From contig CM074804.1 of NCBI GenBank assembly GCA_037447605.1, forward strand, positions 2,666,001 through 2,730,000: a stretch of 64,000 nucleotides of DNA, read 5' to 3'. Each line of letters opens with the position of its first letter. The stretch's first letter is position 1. Shown here one piece after another: positions 53,984 to 64,000 of this stretch. The position numbers were made by a program, and so were the translations under genes. The DNA comes from Zygnema circumcarinatum SAG 698-1b (taxonomy: Eukaryota > Plantae > Zygnematophyceae). The notes under the pieces were generated by a model. The model was not told the DNA's origin and did not search any database. It saw only the letters and a list, made by a program, of their open reading frames with translations.

Positions 53984-54919
53984 GGGTAGTGATATTTCCA
54001 CCCCTTTTTTGGATCCAAACACCCCTTCCCGGCCGGGCAGATTTCAAAAGGGATTAAAAAAGGAAAATGCTTTTTTCACACCTTTTTGGAATCGATACCC
54101 ACCTTCCGTCGGCTGATTTTATTTTTGCTAACCAAGGAAAATGATACCCCGTCACCGCATTTTGAATACTGTATCCCGCCTACCTGAATTTTTTTTTTGA
54201 GGGAAAGAAATATCTGCCTGCCCGAATCCGCTCGGAGCGGAAGATCCGTCCGCCACGAGATCGTTCGCGGGTGTCCGTCCTTAACACGTGTGTGTCAATC
54301 GCAGCTGTCGATTCCCTCGCAGATCGCACCACTGCAGATCACCGTTCGATCTGCAGGCGGGCTTGATCTCAGCGAATGGAAAGCGCCCACGAGTCCCGTC
54401 AAAGCCGGATCGCACGAACGAGTGCGCTCGTACCTCGGCCCGAGATCTTGTTCTATTGTCAGCTCCCAGCCAATCAACATTTGCCACGTGTTAAATTTTT
54501 GACGTGGAAAATTTTGATTGGTCCAAACTCTCAATGTACAAATTTTTTGGTACGACCGTACGATATTTGTACGGACAATTTTTTTAGACGACTTTGGCGG
54601 GATACGTGGGCCCGTGCCAGTCGCTGTGAACGAGCCCGGCTGCAGATCAAATAGTGATCTGCCTCGTTGCGATCTGCGAGGGAATCGACGGCTGCGATTG
54701 ACCGCACGCGTGAAAAAAAATTCAGGTAAGCAGGATATTCAAATGGAGTGAAGGGTTATAATTTTCCTTATTTCGCAAAAATACAATCTGCCAATGGAGG
54801 GTGGGTATCGATTCCAAAAAGGTGTGAAAAAAGCATTTTCCGTTTTTAATCCTTTTTGAAATCTGCCCGACCGGGAAGGGGTGTTTGGATCCAAAAAAGG
54901 GGTGGAAATATCACTACCC
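53984..54919. mobile_element. Fold-back Mutator-like non-autonomous element B2 (inverted relative to B1)
   Basis: Same TIR; perfect 8-bp TSD AAAAACTA (53976-83, 54920-27). Confidence 0.93.
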
Positions 54920-55091
54920 AAAAACTATATTATTGAGAAAAAAACAACAGGCTGCGGATCAAGATCCTCGTGCGTTGCCTTTTTATAGAAATGTCTTCGA
55001 ACCTTAATTATGTGAAGTGAACTGAAACGGAAACTGATCGAACACATAAGCTGTTTAATATTGTGTTCTGTTCAGTTGCGCGAGGTGCGAT

Positions 55092-55630
55092 TTAACCAAT
55101 TAGAATGCACCACGTGGCCACTTTTAACACGCTGCGACACATACCCTATTTACAACAATACGTCCCGTAAAACATTCAAAACGAGCGCTGTCGTACATAG
55201 AAAACGACACGTGGCAATGACAGAATGGGAACGCAATATACCCCATTTTCTGCGCATTCGATCCAACGAAACGCACAGCCAATCAGGACGCGCGACGTGG
55301 CAACGTCAGACTCGCGGCAACTATACCCCATTTTCATTAAATCCATCTTTGACAACCTAACCGAATCCGTACGCCACATAAAACATCAAAATCGAACGCT
55401 GTCGTACGTAGAAAACGACCCGTGGCAATGACAGAATGGGAACGCGATATACCCCATTTTCTGCGCATTTGATCCAACGAAACGCACAACCAATCAGCAC
55501 GCGCGACGTGGCAACGTCAGAATCGCGGCAACTATACCCCATTTCCATTAAATTAATCTTTGACGACATAATCGAACCCGTCGTACGGATCAAAACGATG
55601 ACTAAGCTTTTGCCTACGGCAACGCAAAAG
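55092..55630 (+). repeat. Repeat family C copy 1 (internal ~210-bp tandem duplication, rich in ACGTGGC)
   Basis: Collinear with 59430-59950; the internal unit recurs at 55187 and 55398. Confidence 0.85.
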
Positions 55631-55998
55631 AGGGAGGTTAGATTTGTACCGTGATGAAGTGACAGAAATTCCACGTAGCTTGGCACAGCAGAAACCAACG
55701 ACGTCCAAGCCAAACTGAACGCAAATGATCAACGAACAAAACTATTTATTAAGTCACATCAAATAAGGCTGTCGTAACAATGGATTCGGCAACGGCTACC
55801 GTTTGTCAAACTACAAATAGAGCTGTTACGTATCTGTCAAACACGACACGGTACGTTAGAGCGGTTTTTAATTTGACCAACACGCATGACCGCTTCGGGC
55901 TGTCAACCTAACCATTCCAAATCTTGCGGTCCATAGTTTGACAACACAAGCTGTTACGGTTTACCAACACATACCGGTACAAACATCCCGTTTCAAGC

Positions 55999-56975
55999 AT
56001 TGTCAACCGACAATCACAATCCTGCGATTGCAAAAATCGTACAAAAATGGACCCACATCCTCGTCCACAACGATTGTCCAAATACAGCCGTTTCGTGCCA
56101 GTACGGTGACGGCGACGGTTGACCTACCGATTGCCCTCCCCGTTGTAGAGAGAGAGATCCTTTTGACCGCCGTGTCTCTTTTCGCTTATTTTCTCCGCTA
56201 CCGTCCCATGCCTGTTCAGACCAGATTCAAGGATCCACGCATGAGTGGTCCACATGGCAATCCTTACTTGATTCTGTGAGCCGAGCATTCCAGGCGACTC
56301 CACCGGACGCTTCTTCCGCCGCTGTCTGCCGCTGGGCGAACAAAAATTGACGGAAAAGGAAAGTTACGAAAAGTCAAGGCTAACCGGTCGGGCCGCAAGG
56401 CCGCGATTCGCGCTGTCAGAGCGCGCCAGAAATGCGATGAACGACGCCGCTGCCGGTGTCGATACGCCAGCGCTGCCGCTGGCGCGACACGCTAGTCCAC
56501 CCGCCGAACGTGAACCTGCTAGATACCTCTAGCGCCGACACACACGACGGTCTGCCATCGCATGCAACCGCCATCGGCTCGCAAGAGCCACGCTGCGCCT
56601 CGCCACCGCCCCCGCCATTTGGTTATTGTTCGCCTTTCGGGCGGGCGCCATACAAGCGGGTCGGCCGCTGGCTAAGCCGTATCCGCTGGCCGTATGCGTC
56701 GCAGATGAATCCACGCCGCCGGTGTCGCGACCGCCACTCGTCAGCGCGAATTTTGCACCGTCCGGACAGCCACTATTGATTCATGATGATCGCCGCCATC
56801 CCTCGGCCATGAGACACCGCGTAGTCGTGACGCCGCGTGGAGCCGCGCACCACGCGTGCCGCTTCGGGTATTGTCAACCGACAATCACAAACCCGCGATT
56901 ACGAAAAACGTAAAAAAAAGGGAACCGAAATAGAGCCAAATAGGGCCGTTTCGGGCCCGTACGGGGACGTCAAGG
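55999..56975 (+). repeat. Imperfect direct repeats (~100 bp) at 55999-56110 and 56870-56975 bracketing a GC-rich segment
   Basis: ATTGTCAACCGACAATCACAA is identical in both copies, followed by similar sequence. Confidence 0.7.
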
Positions 56976-57244
56976 CCGTTTCGAGGAGGAACTTCTACGG
57001 AACAACCGCGATATCATCTTCCCAGTTCTCCACCTCCACCCGAGTTCCATTTCTTACACTCGCCTGTCTAGCTCAGAAATTGCTGGTGGTGCTTGTCAGC
57101 TGTTTCTGCTCAGAATCAGTCAGAATCAAACCTTATAGCCGCTATGTTTCTTCCGCTCTAATGCCGCGAACAACTGCTGCATTTCTTCCTACCAGAGAAA
57201 CCGAAATGACCGACAAATAATGATTGGTGGAGGAGGAGGAGGAA

Positions 57245-57450
57245 AGAGGAAGGAGGAGGAAGGAACATGGAGTGTGGTGAAAGGGAGAATGGTGGAAGGG
57301 CGAAGGAAGAAAAAGGAGAGGGTGTTGAGGAAGGAGGAGGAGGAAGGAGGGTGTTGAGGAGGAAGGCGGAGGAAGGAACATGGAGTGTGGTGAGAGGGAG
57401 AATGGTGGAAGGGCGAAGGAAGAAGTTGAAGAGGGTGTTGAGGAAGGATG
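57245..57450 (+). repeat. Purine-rich ~110-bp direct duplication
   Basis: GGAGGAAGGAACATGGAGTGTGGTGA.AGGGAGAATGGTGGAAGGGCGAAGGAAGAA occurs twice. Confidence 0.85.
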
Positions 57451-57555
57451 GAGGCTACTAATCCAACATGTCAGCCACTAGTCTCATTACCTGTCCGTCT
57501 CAATTGGGCTGTACCAATCAGAAGTCACGTTGTCTGTGGATACTGATTTTCTCAG

Positions 57556-59428
<1,873 letters not shown>

Positions 59429-59429
59429 A

Positions 59430-59950
59430 ACAAATAGGAATGCACCACGTGGCCACTTTAAACACTCTGCGCAAATACCCTATTTACAACAATACGTCCC
59501 GTAAAACATTCAAACCAAAAACTGTCGTACATAGAAAAAGACACGTGGCAATGACAAAATCAGAAACGATATACCCCATTTTCTACGCATTCGATCCGAC
59601 GAAACGCACAACCAATCAGAACGCGCGACGTGGCAACGTCAGACTCGCGGAAATTATACCCCAATTTCATTAAATTCATCCTTCACAACCTAACCGAATC
59701 CGTACGCCACATAAAACACGCCGTCGTACGTACAAAGTGACACGTGGCAATGACAGAATAAGTACGCGATCTACCCCATTTTCGGCGCATTCGATCCAAC
59801 GAAAAGCACAACCAGTAAGGACGCGCAACGTGGCAAAGTCAGACTCGCGGCAACTATACCCCATTTTCATTAAATTAATCTTTGACAACATAATCGAACC
59901 CGTCGTACGGATCAAAACGACCGCAAAGCTTTTGCCTACGGCAACGCAAA
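59430..59950 (+). repeat. Repeat family C copy 2
   Basis: Collinear with 55092-55630; both end GCCTACGGCAACGCAAAA. Confidence 0.85.
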
Positions 59951-60282
59951 AATTAGTAACTCATTTCTCATTTCTCAAAATGAATAGTGTTCACAAATGT
60001 AGAGTTCTTTTTTCGAGGAACTGGTTTTGAAAGTTTGTATATGTTTGAGAATCCGAAATCTTTAATTTCTTTTTCTCTCAACCTGTTCGGTTTTACGGTA
60101 TTGGGGCTAGGGATGGATTAGTTACGATTATATATTATATATTATAATAATAACGCCTTTACAACATGTACGGTCGTACGGTCCTACGACTGTACGGTAT
60201 TATGCGGCCCGAGCACGAGCAGACAGAGAAAACCAGACGAACGCATTTCGCAATGTAGCACAAGATAAGTGGGGTTAAACAA

Positions 60283-63200
60283 GGGTAGTGATATTTCCAC
60301 CCCTTTTTTGGATCCAAACACCCCTGCCCGGCCGGGCAGACATAAAAAAGGACAAATAACGGAAAATGGCGTTTTCACACATTCTTAGAATCGATACAAC
60401 ACCTTTTTCCGTCGGGCAAATTTTATTTTACAAAAAAAAGGTCGAAACCCTAAAGAGTGCGTCCGCCCTGCCCCATCAACCCCTCCCTTCAAGCAGTTCG
60501 CGCGACGCACCAGATGATGGAGTTCGCCACGCGGGAGGAGTTGATTGAAAATCTCAGGAACAGCCATAAACAGGAAGGAGTGGTACTCACCGTCAAGAGG
60601 AGCAAGGAGAAACGGGTGGTCCTAAAGTGTGACCGAGGTGGGCTGTATGAAAACCGTTTAAACTTGACAGATGGAACTCGTCAAAGGAAAACGCATACAA
60701 GACTCACTAACTGTGAGTTTGAAATCATATGCTCATCACTAAAGGGTGTTTGGGCAGTTCGCAAAATTTGCGGCAGTCACAACCATGAGCTAGATGTCAA
60801 CTTGGCAGGCCATGCAGTTGACACGACGCTTAAGCAGTCCAGAGAAGGCTAGAGTGCGAGCACTTAGTGGCCAAGGCTTGGCACCAAAGAATGTTATCAC
60901 CGTTTCTTCGGTAGCATTTCAAACAGCTGGCCAGTCAGCCTGTGATTACCTACAATCCAGCTTAAGGTTGCTCGAAGAGAGGAGCAGAGACCCAGACCCA
61001 TCAAGCATTAATGTGAGCTTAATCTCCTCGCATCTAACTATTTCAAGAAGGCACGGCCGTGGGAGGCGGTTGATTGCGGTGTTCTTTATGCACCAATCAT
61101 CGTAACACATGTGCCACATTCAATACGCCTTCTTTGGATCGCGACCTACAAGACTAGCGAAGCTACATGCTCTAATGAACGCTGTCGCATCACATCCACG
61201 TATGCAACATTTAATGCCGGCTTTGGCGCTCATGCACGGTGAAACCAGAGTATACACCGGTTTTGCAACAATTTTCTGGTTATTGGGAACTCCTAAGGTC
61301 CCATGCACTGACCGGTAGTTGGCTTTAAATTTAACGGATCAGCATTAAGTCTTTTCCGGCCGCCACAATATCCTTTTGTTGCTGGCATATTAATAAAACG
61401 CTATAATCGCGAAGATAAGCTCGATGTCGAACGGGAGTGAGCTTACGGCTTACGGAATCGCTGTCTCGAAAGCAAATCGTTGAACTCTTTGGAGGCGCTT
61501 TAGGTGCGCTTTTAAAAGAGACTTCTGCTTAAAAAGTCACCCAAACCGGCCACATTACGCTAACAAAGACATGGACGCCATACAAGGAGAGATTTGTAGC
61601 ATGCTTTGTAGATGAGTTTTACCCTTTTGGTAATGCTGACATCTCGAAAGAGAGGGAAACCATCATAAGATCGCTCATATCTCAAAGGAACATCGCACTT
61701 ATTTCCCGCAACAAAGCGTCAGCTTGCGCCGGCTAATCAACGTGTAGAACTCACGTCGCTATCGGTAGCGTAAACAACGATCGCACATCGCTTCAACCAT
61801 CATCAAGCTTCAAGGATTTGATCTTCAAGGTTTAATTCCGCTTTGACAAACCGCTGAAATGTTAAACCGGGCCGAAATGGGGATACGAAGAGCAGACATG
61901 CGATGCGCTTCCTCCGTGAAGTTTCATGGGACTACCCTGCCATCATTATATTCGGGTCATGAAACCAAAACTCCAATCTACTTACAAGATATTCATGAAA
62001 GCAAAGTGGCTATTGATCGTGAATCCTTTACTTTTCCTGCAAAGCCAGCCAAATTTAGCCAAGGCCACCATATGAACCATTTATGGAGAAGATGACGTGT
62101 ACTTTACAAGAAGCGCCTCTGTTGGGAATCCTCGCAAAACTTTGATGGCTCAGCCTTTAGTGGGAAGTCCTCGATACTGTAAGCTCCAAATTCAAGAGCC
62201 TTTAGGGGTTGTAGTTAAGAAACGCAGACTAAAGAGGTTCCTTAAGAAGAAGACAAAGTTTGATCATCGAGATAAATCACTTTGAATATGTAGAAGGACC
62301 TATGTAGGGTTTGTAAATAAGCAGGCATACCCGTAATCCTGCTCGCAAAAAGTGATCACCATCGGCGAAGGACCTTCCCACCGCCGAGGGGCAGGGTGGC
62401 TGAAATGTTTTAGGGTAAGTTTCTACCCTTAACTTTTTTTGTCCTAAGTCCTTTGCAATGAGTTCTTTAAGTGTCCTTTTATGCAGTTGTTTTTATACCC
62501 AAAATACCGTGGTTTGGGGAGGGCCGGCAGTGGGGGGTGTTAAGCTGTCATGAAAACAACATCCTGGGCGATAGAGCTTCAATAACATCCATCTAGAGGC
62601 GAGAGAGCGATCACAAGAGAGTACAAAATCAAGTAACAAAAGAGTTTGTTTTAGATTGTAGTAATTTCTTGCTTAATCTTTTGCCTATTTACACACCTCG
62701 GCCGCCAGTTGACAAGTGGAATAACCAAAGCTCGCATCGTAGAACCAATTCTATCTTGAGGAACAAATTCGCCTCACGAAGGCAAGTAGAACCCTATGGA
62801 ACATAATTTGTGTTCAAGAAGTCGATTCACCAAACAATGTAAGCTTTATGTTCTAGAGGATGTATGTTAAGCCTTACAACCTATGGGGCTTACAACCTAT
62901 GGCTTGCTCTGGCGATGGCCATGCTCAATATGAAGCCATGCCCATGGTCGACCCCATCCATAAGTCCATAATGGCCCGACTGAAAAAATTTCCATGTAAC
63001 ATAGCCAGCTTCGCAACCTTGGCCTCGATCTTAGTCGGGCTTTTGGTCTTGTTCCGTGGGGCGCCATAACATAGACCATAAACTACCAAGTTAATCGGCC
63101 GCACATCGAAGGCCGGCCTTGGACCTATACTATTGAGTTATCCGGGCCACGTACAATTTGTACACGCGTCGCGGTTCCCGCTTGATCTTACGCCCTCGAT

Positions 63201-63485
63201 TTATCGGCGAGTAGGAGGTTCTGATCGTGAGCTTTAACCTCAACTGCTAACCGGGATAGGATGTCATGACAATACTGCACAATGTGAAATGTAAATCAAT
63301 GCAAGTACGCGACATCTTGTGGCAGGGTTTCACCTTTTTTGTAAAATAAAAATTTGCCCGACGGAAAATGTGTTGTATCATTCTAAAAAGGTGTGAAAAC
63401 GCCATTTTCCGTTATTTGTCCTTTTTATGTCTCACCGGGGCCGGCAGGGGTGTTTGGATCCAAAAGGTGGAAATATCACTACCCC
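60283..63485 (+). mobile_element. Decayed transposase-encoding Mutator-like element (B3)
   Basis: ~165-bp TIRs starting GGGTAGTGATATTTCCAC, 8-bp TSD TTAAACAA (60275-82, 63486-93); transposase remnants inside. Confidence 0.92.
60514..61960 (+). pseudogene. MULE/FAR1-type transposase pseudogene (frameshifts and stops)
   Basis: FAR1-like Zn module LKCDRGG..TRLTNCEF..W..GSHNHEL..GH; MULE-core remnants ATYKT and ITSTYATFNAGF / ALMHGET; TWTPYKERFV..FGN at ~61569-61675; SWIM-like MGLPCHH at 61926. Confidence 0.85.
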
Positions 63486-63514
63486 TTAAACAAAGACTCA
63501 GCTAGTCAGTAGGG

Positions 63515-63720
63515 TCAGACGGCTACCAGCGCATCCTGCGGCCGGAACTCCACGTAGGTTGGGGTGGTGCCGCGGGTCTGCCAGGAGAGAGCCAGGATCC
63601 CGGGGAATTCAGAGGACGCGAAGTTGAAGACGCAGGGATCTCGAAGGCGTCCCATTGGCGGCTCACTCATGCGCAAAGAGCCCTTCCTTGGGGACCCTCC
63701 TCTGCTCCCTCTCCCCGCTG
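63515..63720 (-). CDS. Probable terminal coding exon of an unidentified gene continuing beyond the window
   Basis: Open frame ..LRDPCVFNFASSEFPGILALSWQTRGTTPTYVEFRPQDALVAV* with strong C/G third-position bias; candidate CAG acceptors near 63722-63736. No family recognised. Confidence 0.45.
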
Positions 63721-64000
63721 TCTGCAGCCAGGCTTCTGCAGTGATCATTGGTTATCGAGAGCAATGCAGGATGACAGAGCAAGATAGGGGCTTGGGCATA
63801 GCCACAGAGAAGGAAACAGGAACACAACTCAGGAAGGTGGCATTTGCAATCTCATCTGTCGCTAAATGGGCTGAATGTCATGCCAGAGCTAAAGCGCTCT
63901 CATTCATTGTCTAACTGGCAGCCACTACGTCTAATGCTATCAACAAGATAATCTTCTCTCTCTCTCTCTCTATCTATGGCATGGAAACTCTCTCTCTCTA

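Noticed and set aside
62560-62900. Ulp1/C48 protease remnant inside MULE B3
   Set aside because: Only vague resemblance across broken frames; the catalytic His/Cys motifs could not be read, so it is not called.

Overview
Eukaryotic, intron-rich nuclear DNA from a green plant lineage. The gene set (XTH, UXT, CCS1, CDPK, GR-RBP) and the GA/CT-filled introns suggest a streptophyte, possibly a conjugating green alga; this is inference only. Genes built by hand from splice sites: UDP-xylose-transporter-like nucleotide-sugar transporter (+, 5'-truncated, with a U12-type intron), EFL1/RIA1 GTPase (-, exons hidden in an N gap), CCS1 (-), mitochondrial fumarase (-, 16 exons), a conserved plant membrane protein with YdjM-hydrolase-like His motifs (+), a 91-aa RIN4/NOI-like protein ending in a CaaX box (-), a CDPK-derived kinase with a degenerate EF-hand region (+), two tandem mitochondrial-type glycine-rich RRM genes (+), an XTH (-), and a probable terminal exon of an unidentified gene (-). 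Intergenic DNA holds DNA transposons with readable TSDs: two hAT derivatives, three non-autonomous fold-back Mutator-like elements, one decayed transposase-encoding MULE, and a TA-flanked MITE family, one copy split by a ~7.4 kb nested stack. The main unexplained signal is the composite motif CCAAT-N9-CCACG (ERSE-I consensus, NF-Y plus bZIP). It occurs 12 times with exact spacing, mostly as convergent inverted pairs, both in host promoters and at the centre of the mobile fold-back elements, which suggests transposon-dispersed regulatory modules. No tRNA, rRNA or CRISPR was found. Most long ORFs in the supplied track are low-complexity artefacts.
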